Shown: one piece after another, positions 50,090-64,000 of the stretch
Position numbering within the stretch: position 1 is the stretch's first letter
How the letters are laid out: each line of letters begins with the position of its first letter
Assembly (NCBI RefSeq): GCF_000737315.1
Contig: NZ_JMCB01000003.1
Location: forward strand, 89,394 to 153,393
Length of the DNA: 64,000 nucleotides
Direction: 5' to 3'
From: Hyalangium minutum
Lineage (GTDB): Bacteria > Myxococcota > Myxococcia > Myxococcales > Myxococcaceae
The notes under the pieces: model-generated
The model's input: the letters and a program-made list of their open reading frames with translations, nothing else
The model's database searches: none
Told to the model about the DNA's origin: nothing
Translations under genes and position numbers: made by a program

Positions 50090-51067
50090 ATGACCCGGAT
50101 CAACGGCTCGCCCACCCCCCTGCGCCTGCGCTCCACTGAGGACTCGGCTCTGCCGCCGGCCTCCAAGCCCGTGGCCACGGCAGCCCCCGCGAAGCTGACG
50201 GGCTTCTCGGGCGCCTCCGGGTTCACTGGCGGCTCCTCCAATCCCTGGGTGGATGGCCCGCACGGCCGGGCTCCGAGCGGCGCTCAGAAGCTGTCGCCCA
50301 ACGATCTGGGCGTGATTCCGCAGGACCAGGGCAACACCAACGCGTGTGGCACCACGTCGCTGGCCAATGTGCTGACGCACTGGGGCCAGTCCACCACGCA
50401 CGAGCAGATCGACAAGGACATCCGCGCCTTCGACATGTTCTCGGCGCCGGACAAGATCGTCGACTACGCGAACTCGCACGGCATGCGCGCGGAGATGAAG
50501 GTCGACGCCAGCGTGGATGACATCGCGAAGATGGTCGACCAGGGCGTGCCGCCGATCGTCCTGATGGACCCGGACAGCGACAAGAACCTCAACCTGCACT
50601 ACGTGACGGTGTCCGGCTACAACCGCGACGCGAACGGGAAGATCACGGATCTGGTGATCTCCGACAGCGCGGGCGGCGACCGCTACACGATGCCGGTGGA
50701 GGAGTTCCAGAAGAAGTGGGACGACCTCAAGATGAAGGGCGTCGGCACGGGCCTCAACAACGTGATGATCTCCGTGGTGCCCAACGACGGCCGGAAGATC
50801 ACCGGTGGCGACGGGGTGACGCGCAGCGCCTCCGACATCCAGCTGCCCAAGTCCAGCTTCTGGAGCAACCTGAAGTCCAGCGCGGCTCGCGGCGTGGCCA
50901 ACCTGCTGGCGAACGTGACCAACGGCGCCAGCAAGGTCTGGGACGGCGTCAAGACGGTGGGCAACGCCATTGCCGATGGCGTCAAGGCCGCAGGCAACGC
51001 CATCGGTAACGCCGCGTCCGCGGTGGCCGATGGCGCCAAGAAGCTCTGGAAGTCGATCTTCGGGTAG
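50090..51067 (+). CDS. C39-like (papain-fold) cysteine peptidase domain protein with a disordered N-terminus and C-terminal amphipathic repeats; no signal peptide
   Basis: Cys motif NACGTTSLANVLTHWG, His motif NLHYVTVSGY and Asp (DLVISDSAGGD), in the order and spacing of peptidase C39. The C-terminus has GNAIADGVKAAGNAIGNAASAVADGAKK repeats. Confidence 0.55.
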   Translation: MTRINGSPTPLRLRSTEDSALPPASKPVATAAPAKLTGFSGASGFTGGSSNPWVDGPHGRAPSGAQKLSPNDLGVIPQDQGNTNACGTTSLANVLTHWGQSTTHEQIDKDIRAFDMFSAPDKIVDYANSHGMRAEMKVDASVDDIAKMVDQGVPPIVLMDPDSDKNLNLHYVTVSGYNRDANGKITDLVISDSAGGDRYTMPVEEFQKKWDDLKMKGVGTGLNNVMISVVPNDGRKITGGDGVTRSASDIQLPKSSFWSNLKSSAARGVANLLANVTNGASKVWDGVKTVGNAIADGVKAAGNAIGNAASAVADGAKKLWKSIFG

Positions 51068-51079
51068 CTGTGTTTGGCC

Positions 51080-52867
51080 TTACTGTGCCGGGCTGTCTCC
51101 CAGCATCAGCCGCCGGAGGATCGGAACAGGCGGGTAGCCGTAGGAGACGGCTTGGTCGTGGAAGCGCTGGAGCGTGAAGCCCGAGCCCCAGCGGGCCCGC
51201 GCGTCCTCTCGCAGCTCCAGCAGCATCTTCTTGCCCAGCGCGTAGACGAGGTACGTGGGATCTGAGGTGCCCCGGCGCGCCTCGCGCTCGGCGTTGGTGT
51301 GCGTCATGTACGCCTCCTCCTCGAAGAAGCGCACGGCCTGCTCGTACGTCATCCCCCGCGTGTGGAGCGAGAGCCCCACCACATAGCGCGCCAGGCGCTG
51401 CAGGTAGAGCGCGAGCTGGTTGAGGCGCAGCTTGTCCGCGTTGGGGCCGGTGCCGCCGTAGCCCTGCTCCAGCATCATCTGCTCGGTGTAGAGCCCCCAT
51501 CCCTCGCTGAAGGAGCCCGAGCCCAGCATCCGCCGCACCTTCGAGTCCACACGGTTCGTCCACAGGAACTGCACGTAGTGGCCGGGGTAGGCCTCATGGA
51601 TGGAGACGAGCTGCAGCGCGTGGCGGTTGTAGAAGCTCATGTGCTGCTCGGTCTGCTCGGTGTTCCAAGAGGGCTCGGGCGGTGTCACGTAGTAGTAGGC
51701 CTCGGTGGCGCGCGTCTCGAAGGGCCCGGGCATGCTCATGCTGGCGAACGAGAGCGAGCGGTTGAACGCGGGCGTCTCGGCCACCAGGGCGCGCACGTCG
51801 CTGGGGATGGTGATGATGCGCTGCTCCACGAGGAACTGGCGGATCTCCTCCAGCATGGCGCGCGTGGTGGGCACCAGCTCGGCCGGGGTGGGGTGCTCCT
51901 TGCCCAGCTCGCGGTAGACGTCCATGGGCGCCTTGCCGGGCGCGAGGCGCGCGGCCACCTCGCGGAACTGGCTCTGGGTGCGCTTCAGCTCCGCCTGGCC
52001 CCAGGCGAGCAGGGAGCCGATGTCCTCGGTGACGCCCTCTTCGTACTTGAGCTTTTGTCGGTAGAGCTCCTCGCCGATGGCGAAGTCCCCGTTCGAGCGG
52101 GGCAGCAGGTCCTCTCGCAGGAAGCGGATGAAGCCGTCGATGGCGGCCAGGCAGCGGGCCTGCTCCTGCTTGAAGGCGTCCTGCAGGGCGGCGTCCTTCA
52201 CGGGCTCGAAGGCCTTGGGCAGGGTGTCCGCGTAGAGAGCGCGGGCGCCCTGGGCCTGCATGAGGGCGATCTCGGTCCACAGCTTGGGCGGGTTCTTCAG
52301 CGTGGCCTGCGCCGTGGTGAACACGGTGGGAACGCTCTTCATGCGGCTGATGGCCGAGCGCATGCGCTGCTCGAGCGGCGCGAAGTCCCGGTTCACGAGC
52401 TGGAAGAGGGCGAAGGAGGCTGTGTTCAGCCAGGTGTTGGGGTTGCGTTCCCAGGTGCGCAGGGTCTCTTGGTCCAGGATGCGTGCCCGGAGGTGGTTCT
52501 CGAGGATGTCGTAGTCGGCCTGGTCGAGCGGCGGCAGGGCGGCGCGGTCCACCTTCTGGGGCAGGGCGGCAAGCTCGGCCTTGAGCTGGGCGAGGTAGGC
52601 GGCGCGCTCCTCGGGCGTAAAGCCCCGCAGCTCTCCATCATAGGTGTGGATGCCGGCTTGGGTGGCCTGGGTGGGGAAGCGGCGGAAGGTGTCCTCGAAG
52701 TGCGCGTTTACGAAGGCGCGCAGCGCCGTCTGGGCCGAGGATGGGCTCGTGGACTCGGCAGCCGGGGAGCCAGGGCCCTCCGTCTGGGAGGGCGGTCGCG
52801 AAGAGGTGCAGGCGGAGGACAACAGCAGGAGCGCGGAGAGGGCGCTCCTTGCACGCGGCGTGAACAT
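51080..52867 (-). CDS. DUF885 family lipoprotein
   Basis: Lipobox LLLSSAC. Long alpha-helical protein with the conserved C-terminal HEAYPGHYVQ motif typical of DUF885. Start is an internal Met (MFTPRARSA). Confidence 0.6.
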   Translation of the reverse strand: MFTPRARSALSALLLLSSACTSSRPPSQTEGPGSPAAESTSPSSAQTALRAFVNAHFEDTFRRFPTQATQAGIHTYDGELRGFTPEERAAYLAQLKAELAALPQKVDRAALPPLDQADYDILENHLRARILDQETLRTWERNPNTWLNTASFALFQLVNRDFAPLEQRMRSAISRMKSVPTVFTTAQATLKNPPKLWTEIALMQAQGARALYADTLPKAFEPVKDAALQDAFKQEQARCLAAIDGFIRFLREDLLPRSNGDFAIGEELYRQKLKYEEGVTEDIGSLLAWGQAELKRTQSQFREVAARLAPGKAPMDVYRELGKEHPTPAELVPTTRAMLEEIRQFLVEQRIITIPSDVRALVAETPAFNRSLSFASMSMPGPFETRATEAYYYVTPPEPSWNTEQTEQHMSFYNRHALQLVSIHEAYPGHYVQFLWTNRVDSKVRRMLGSGSFSEGWGLYTEQMMLEQGYGGTGPNADKLRLNQLALYLQRLARYVVGLSLHTRGMTYEQAVRFFEEEAYMTHTNAEREARRGTSDPTYLVYALGKKMLLELREDARARWGSGFTLQRFHDQAVSYGYPPVPILRRLMLGDSPAQ

Positions 52868-52976
52868 GAGGCCTCTGGGAGGAAGATGCCGCGGGAGCCT
52901 CGCCGATATGCGTGGGGCCGACAAGGCGAGGGCGCTCTCTCGGGGTTAATCTCTGGCCCATGCGCTGGAGGCTGCG

Positions 52977-54146
52977 GTGAGGAAGTGGATCGTCCTGGGG
53001 ATTGTGGCTGTCCTGGTTGTGGGCACCTTCATCGGGCTGGACGTGGCCGCCACGCGCGCGGGCCGCCGGATGAACGGCGTCCATCCCGGGCCGCCCTACA
53101 CCCCGACCAAGCGAGGCGCCGCGCTGCACTCGCAGCTCTTCATCACGGATCTCCATGCGGATCCGCTGCTGTGGAACCGGGACCTGAACGAGCGCTCGAA
53201 GGATGGACAGGTGGATGTGCCCCGGCTTCTGGAGGGCAACGTCTCCCTGCAGATCTTCAGCGTCGTCACCAAGACGCCGAAGCACATGAACACCGAGCGC
53301 AATGACGACACCACGGATGACGTGCAGTTGCTCGCATTCGCGCAGCGGTGGCCGCCGAGCGCTTGGTTCAGCTTGAAGGCCCGGGCGCTGTACCAGGCCC
53401 GGAAGCTGGAGGACTTGGCGGAGGACTCGGACGGCAAGCTGGTGTTCATGCGCACGCGGGCGGAACTGGAGCAGTTCCTTATCGAGCGCCAGAAGGACAG
53501 GAACAAGGTGGGGGCGCTGCTCTCGCTCGAGGGTATGCACGCGCTCGAAGGCAAGGTGGAGGCGGTGGACGATCTGTACGCCGCGGGCTTCCGGATGCTG
53601 GGGTTCGCCCACTTCTTCGACAACGAGGTGAGCGGGTCGGCCCACGGCATGAAGAAGGAGGGGCTGACGGAACTCGGACGCGCCGTGGTGAAGCGGATGG
53701 AGGAGCGGGGCATGACGCTCGATCTTGCGCACTCATCGCGGAAGACCTTCGAGGACGTGCTTGCGATCGCCACCCGGCCGGTGGTCGTGTCGCACTCGGG
53801 GGTGAGGGGCACGTGTGACAACAACCGGAACCTGAGCGACAGCCAGCTCCGCGCCATTGCTCGGAACGGTGGGGTGGTGGGTATCGGCTACTGGAGCACC
53901 GCGACGTGTGGCAAGGACGCGAAGGCCATCGCCCGTGCCATCCGCTACGCGGTGTCCGTGGCCGGGCTCGAGCACGTCGGGCTTGGCTCGGACTTCGACG
54001 GGGCGGTGACGACTCCGTTCGACACCGCGGGCCTCGTGGAGGTGACCGACGCGCTGATCGCTGAGGGCTTCGGGGAAGGGGAGATCCGGAAGATCGCTGG
54101 AGAGAATGTGCTGAGGGTCTTGCGAGCGAATCTCCCCGCTCAGTGA
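52977..54146 (+). CDS. Membrane dipeptidase (peptidase family M19)
   Basis: N-terminal TM anchor. M19 motifs (ITDLHADPLL; LDLAHSS; VGLGSDFDG). Confidence 0.75.
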   Translation: MRKWIVLGIVAVLVVGTFIGLDVAATRAGRRMNGVHPGPPYTPTKRGAALHSQLFITDLHADPLLWNRDLNERSKDGQVDVPRLLEGNVSLQIFSVVTKTPKHMNTERNDDTTDDVQLLAFAQRWPPSAWFSLKARALYQARKLEDLAEDSDGKLVFMRTRAELEQFLIERQKDRNKVGALLSLEGMHALEGKVEAVDDLYAAGFRMLGFAHFFDNEVSGSAHGMKKEGLTELGRAVVKRMEERGMTLDLAHSSRKTFEDVLAIATRPVVVSHSGVRGTCDNNRNLSDSQLRAIARNGGVVGIGYWSTATCGKDAKAIARAIRYAVSVAGLEHVGLGSDFDGAVTTPFDTAGLVEVTDALIAEGFGEGEIRKIAGENVLRVLRANLPAQ

Positions 54147-54155
54147 CGAAGGGGC

Positions 54156-55040
54156 TCAGTTCTCCACGGTGTACGTCTTGCGCAGGGGCTGGCCGTCGCG
54201 CTCGATCTGGAGCTCGATGCGCGAGGCGCCCTTCATGCTGTGGTAGGCCTCCATGGCGCGCATCGGATCATCGAGCGTGGAGCCGTTGATGCGCTGGAGG
54301 ATGTCCCCGTTCTTCAGGCCGAGCTTGGCGTAGAGGGAGTCCGGCCTCATGGCGAACAGCTTGAAGCCCCTGGGCTTTCCGTCCGTGAAGGACGGCACCA
54401 CCCGGGCCTGCGTGGCGATCTGGTTCAGGTTGGCCAGCGTGTTCTCCACGTCCTGGCGCGCGATGGCATAGGCGTCGGGGCCTGTCTGCCGCAGGGAGGA
54501 GCCAAAGCCCGTGGTGGGCGCGGCCGGAGCCGGTGGAGCAGATGGCATCCCGAGAGCCGCTGGGGCCGAGGTGAGGTCGAGGAGCTCCACCTGGCCGTTG
54601 TTCAAGAACAGCACCCGGGTGCGCTCGATTGCGAGGACCTCGGCACCCTGAAGCGTGCTTCCCACGGCAATGGTGCGCGTGCGCTGGGACGTGGGCTCAT
54701 ACACGGAGGCCAGGGACATGTCCGTCGAGGCGGAGGTCAGGGTTCCCAGCAGCTTGAGCCCGAGCTGGGTGGGCACGGTGACGGTGAGGACGGCGGTGGA
54801 GGGCTGACTAGGAGTTCGCAGGGACAGCCCCGTGTAGCGGGCCAGCTCTTCGGCGGAGAGGGGCATGACCGTGGCGGTCGAGGCGCTGACGGGCTCCTGT
54901 CGAGCGGGCTCCGAGGCGGTGGGGAGTGTCGCGAGCGACGCACCCAGGAGCGTGTTGACCGTTTGCGCCACCAGCAAGCACGCGCACGCGAGCATGGCGA
55001 AGGTAAACGCATGAAACGCGGGACGAATGAGCGACCTCAT
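54156..55040 (-). CDS. GspC-like protein: N-terminal TM anchor, HR-like region and C-terminal PDZ domain
   Basis: TM helix (AFTFAMLACACLLVA). C-terminal PDZ pattern (GFKLFAMRPDSLYAKLGLKNGDILQRINGSTLDD). Resembles T2SS GspC, but no other gsp genes are nearby. Confidence 0.5.
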   Translation of the reverse strand: MRSLIRPAFHAFTFAMLACACLLVAQTVNTLLGASLATLPTASEPARQEPVSASTATVMPLSAEELARYTGLSLRTPSQPSTAVLTVTVPTQLGLKLLGTLTSASTDMSLASVYEPTSQRTRTIAVGSTLQGAEVLAIERTRVLFLNNGQVELLDLTSAPAALGMPSAPPAPAAPTTGFGSSLRQTGPDAYAIARQDVENTLANLNQIATQARVVPSFTDGKPRGFKLFAMRPDSLYAKLGLKNGDILQRINGSTLDDPMRAMEAYHSMKGASRIELQIERDGQPLRKTYTVEN

Positions 55041-55397
55041 GGGCAGCCTCCTGATGTGGACAGTGAATGCCCGCGCTCAAAGCAAGCCAGATACCAACCG
55101 CAGCACTGCGGGCTGCCCCGAGGGGGCGCTGCGAGGCCTGACCGGACTCGGGTTCGTGCCGCATGACAGAGTGTCAATGCGGGCCTGAGGGCCGTGACGA
55201 CGCGTCTGCCGGAGGCCCCACCGTCCACGCAGGGAGACGCGAGTCCACGGCGTGAGACGGTCGTGAAGCAGGAATCAACGACTTCCCGGACGCGTGTCCC
55301 TTGGACCCACACAACCTGACGGGTAGGCGCGCCAATTGCTAACGGAATACGTCGGGGGAGCATTGACGCGCGCGCCCGTCCGCCGCACGCTTAGGGC

Positions 55398-56213
55398 ATG
55401 GGACGGCACGCATATAAGGGCGAAGGACCATTCCCCCAGGCTCCGACGCAAGAGGAGTGGGAGGCGATGGGACCGGAGGAGAGGGCCCGGGTGGTGGAGT
55501 CACTGCCTGGGGAGGTGACGTGGGACGAGATGGCGATGCCCGAGGGGGATCCACACTTCGGGGCGAAGGTGCGGACCTTGGATGTGCTCAAGGGCTACTT
55601 CCGCAATCAGAAGCGCAAGGTGTACCTGGGCGCGGAGCTGCCTGTGTACTACCCGGCGGAGCGGCGCTTCGCTCCGGACTTGGTGGCCGTGCTGGATACC
55701 GAGCCGCACGAGCGCAACAAATGGGTGGTGAGCCATGAGGGCAAGGGGCTGGACTGGGTGTTGGAGGTTCACTTCGGCGGCGACCGGAAGAAGGACGCCG
55801 TCTTCAATGTGAAGCGGTACGCGCAGTTGGGCATCCCTGAGTACTTCATCTACGACCGGCGCAAGCAGCGGCTGGAGGCCTACCGGCTGCTGTCGCCCGA
55901 GTCGCGCAGGTACGAGCGGATGCTGCCCAGGCAAGGCCGGTTCGTGTCCGAGGTGCTCGGGCTGGAACTGGAGGTGTCCGAGGAGAAGCTCCAGCTGTGG
56001 GCGGGCAACGCGCTCCTCTTGGAGTCCGCGGAGATGTTGGCCCGGGTGCAGGAGAAGCTGGAGCAGGTGGCTCTTCAGCGGGAGGAAGAGGCGCGGCGTC
56101 GCGAGGAGATGGAACTCCGATTGGCCGAGGAAACGCGCCGGCGTGAGGAGACAGAGCAACGCCTGAGAGTGCTTCAGGCGGAGGTGGAGCACCTCCAACG
56201 CCCCAAGGAGTAG
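55398..56213 (+). CDS. Uma2 family (DUF820) endonuclease-like protein with a C-terminal Glu/Arg-rich coiled coil
   Basis: Uma2 core (PDLVAVLDTEP...LDWVLEV...IPEYFIYD) plus a roughly 60-aa REEEARRREE coiled-coil tail. Confidence 0.75.
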   Translation: MGRHAYKGEGPFPQAPTQEEWEAMGPEERARVVESLPGEVTWDEMAMPEGDPHFGAKVRTLDVLKGYFRNQKRKVYLGAELPVYYPAERRFAPDLVAVLDTEPHERNKWVVSHEGKGLDWVLEVHFGGDRKKDAVFNVKRYAQLGIPEYFIYDRRKQRLEAYRLLSPESRRYERMLPRQGRFVSEVLGLELEVSEEKLQLWAGNALLLESAEMLARVQEKLEQVALQREEEARRREEMELRLAEETRRREETEQRLRVLQAEVEHLQRPKE

Positions 56214-56244
56214 GGCAGGGGAGGCGCTCAACGGCCGGGATGGC

Positions 56245-57708
<1,464 letters not shown>

Positions 57709-57711
57709 GGC

Positions 57712-62268
<4,557 letters not shown>

Positions 62269-62501
62269 CAGTAGATTCCCTCCTTCACTGCTAGGCACAG
62301 CGTGTTCACTCGCGAACCTCGGATGGTAATGCGGCGCGTCAGGTTGGGTAAAGGAGAGTCTGAAGAGGGGCTGCTTTGGTTGGGGGGACAGGAAGCAGGC
62401 ATGGCGGGTTCGCGCAGAGCCAGGGCGGCGTTCTTCCAGATCCACGCAGCGCGTCAAGGGGAGCGTGACGCACCTGCTGCCGTGTTATCCCTTCCTCTGT
62501 C

Positions 62502-63704
62502 ATGGCCTCCACCGAACGCCTCTACTTCAGCGATCCTTTCCTTCACCAATTCACCGGACGCGTGATTGCGCACGCCGCCTGGAATGGGACCTTGTCGGTT
62601 GTGCTCGATCGCACGGCCTTCTACCCGGAGGCTGGCGGTCAGATGGCGGATCGCGGGCTGCTCGGCGGCTACGCGGTGAAGGACGTGCAGGTGGATGACG
62701 CGGGGGTGGTCCACCACGTGCTGGAGCTGTCCGAGGGGAAGGCGCTGCCCGAGGTGGGCGCCGAGCTGGCGGGACAGATCGATCGGGCCCGCCGCCGCGT
62801 GCACATGGCGCTGCACACGGGCCAGCACATGCTCTCGCGGGCCCTGGTGGATGTGGCTCAGGCGAACACCATCTCCTCGCGCCTGGGCGAGACGCTCTGC
62901 ACCATCGACGTGGATCTGGAAGTCCTTGACGAGGCGCGCGTCGCCGAGGCGGAGGAACTGGTCAACTCGGTGATCGATGACGACGTGGCGATCCGGTCCT
63001 TCTTCCCGACGGTCGAGGAGCTGGCGGCTCTGCCGCTGCGCCGGGCTCCCAAGGTGACGGACAACATCCGCGTGGTGCAGATCGGCGAGTTCGATGTGTC
63101 CCCTTGCGGAGGGACCCACTGCACGCGGTCGGCGCAGGTGGGGATGATCCGGGTGCTCGGTGTGGAGCGCTATAAAGGTAAGGGACGCGTGTCGTTCTCC
63201 GCCGGCCGCCGTGCGCGGACCGAGCTGTGGCAGGAGGCCGGGACGCTCCGGGGCCTGAGCCGCGCCTTCACGTGCGGCCCGGGCGAGGTGCCGGTGGTGA
63301 TCGACAAGATCCGTCGCGATCTCACCGAGACGCGGGAGGCGCTGGGTGCGGTCCGGGCGAAACTGGCTGATCAGGCCGCCGTGGAGCTGGCCGCTGCATT
63401 GGAGAAGTCTCCGGAGCGCCGGGTGGTGGCGGTGCTCGAGGGCGCCAACCCCGAGTCGCTGCGCGCGATCGCCGCGAGGCTCACGTCCCAGCCAGAGTCC
63501 GTGGTGCTGCTCGCGGGCCGCGCGCCCGAGGGCATGCCAGTGCTGATCGCTCGAGGGAGTGGCTCCAGCTTCGGGTGTGGCGCCTTCCTCAAGCGTCTGG
63601 CCGAGGCTGCGGGAGGCCGAGGCGGTGGCCGTCCCGAGCATGCCGAGGGCCGCCTGCCCCCAGGCACGGACTTCCCAGGGCTCGTCGCCCAGCTTCTCGG
63701 ATGA
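62502..63704 (+). CDS. alaX: Alanyl-tRNA editing protein AlaX-L (AlaRS editing-domain homologue)
   Basis: Zinc-binding editing motifs (HTGQHML, CGGTHC) and a C-terminal DHHA1-like region. 400 aa. Confidence 0.8.
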   Translation: MASTERLYFSDPFLHQFTGRVIAHAAWNGTLSVVLDRTAFYPEAGGQMADRGLLGGYAVKDVQVDDAGVVHHVLELSEGKALPEVGAELAGQIDRARRRVHMALHTGQHMLSRALVDVAQANTISSRLGETLCTIDVDLEVLDEARVAEAEELVNSVIDDDVAIRSFFPTVEELAALPLRRAPKVTDNIRVVQIGEFDVSPCGGTHCTRSAQVGMIRVLGVERYKGKGRVSFSAGRRARTELWQEAGTLRGLSRAFTCGPGEVPVVIDKIRRDLTETREALGAVRAKLADQAAVELAAALEKSPERRVVAVLEGANPESLRAIAARLTSQPESVVLLAGRAPEGMPVLIARGSGSSFGCGAFLKRLAEAAGGRGGGRPEHAEGRLPPGTDFPGLVAQLLG

Positions 63705-63740
63705 ACGGACGAGCCCCTCGACTGTCGGGGGGCTTGCTGC

Positions 63741-64000
63741 TCAGCCCTTCCGGGCGATGAAGTCGCGCAGGTGCCGGATGACCTCGGCTGGCTTCTGCAG
63801 GGTGACCCAGTGTGTTGCTCCCGGGATCTTGTGGATCGTGAGATCGGGTGCGAGCTGATCGAGTCCCTCGAGGCCGCTCGGCAAGAGGTAGGGATCCTGC
63901 TCTCCCCAGAGCACGAGCACGGGGAAGCGGACCTTCCACTGCTCCTGGGAGAGCCCGTCCATCAAGTTGCTGCCACCCGGAGAGCCTTGTCCGTCTGGAG
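63741..64000 (-). CDS. Alpha/beta hydrolase, C-terminal fragment only (the gene continues beyond the window end)
   Basis: C-terminal lid and His motif (...LVLWGEQDPYL...IPGATHWVTLQKPAEV). The ORF runs off the 3' edge. Confidence 0.5.
   Translation of the reverse strand, partial: PDGQGSPGGSNLMDGLSQEQWKVRFPVLVLWGEQDPYLLPSGLEGLDQLAPDLTIHKIPGATHWVTLQKPAEVIRHLRDFIARKG

Noticed and set aside
55041-55397. 357-nt intergenic region as a possible ncRNA or tRNA
   Set aside because: No cloverleaf-like or conserved structured motif could be discerned by eye. It is most likely just a divergent promoter region.

Overview
This is a roughly 70% GC chromosomal segment. The codon bias, the mix of sigma-54 activators, Ser/Thr kinases, PEGA domains and Uma2 endonucleases, and the lipoprotein content point to a myxobacterium (Myxococcaceae-like). 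This is my inference; no database was searched. About 50 protein genes are supported. Real reading frames were separated from the many long antisense or shadow ORFs that high-GC DNA throws up by third-position GC bias, recognisable protein families, signal peptides and operon geometry. The ORF track writes GTG/TTG starts as M. No rRNA, tRNA, CRISPR array, integrase or transposase was seen.

Housekeeping genes include amtB, typA, rsmD-coaD, an aspartate aminotransferase, carB, gltB-gltD and alaX.

The accessory content is the more interesting part:
- 17.3-24.4 kb: a LysR regulator, then two RebB (R-body / 'killing trait')-like Gln-rich proteins, then two transglutaminase-family enzymes, one of them fused to a Cys-less class II amidotransferase-like domain. 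The genes are tightly coupled. I propose this as a candidate cross-linked RebB-polymer system.
- 24.4-28.3 kb: an acyl-CoA dehydrogenase, SDR, APH-type phosphotransferase and histidine phosphatase operon, divergent from the LysR gene. It resembles the 4-hydroxyacid (levulinate lva / ACAD10-11) pathway.
- 28.4-34.0 kb: a SulP transporter plus beta-carbonic anhydrase operon behind a perfect-consensus sigma-54 promoter, next to an NtrC-type two-component system.
- 34.0-38.0 kb: a response regulator, mprF and an acvB/virJ-like gene.
- 38.0-42.6 kb: a PEGA-domain Ser/Thr kinase overlapping a TPR/PEGA TonB-dependent receptor.
- 9.5-12.3 kb: a sigma-54 activator with a Cys/His-containing sensor domain, divergent from a His-rich CDF metal exporter.
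- 49.1-51.1 kb: a beta-propeller lipoprotein followed by a C39-like cysteine peptidase with no signal peptide.
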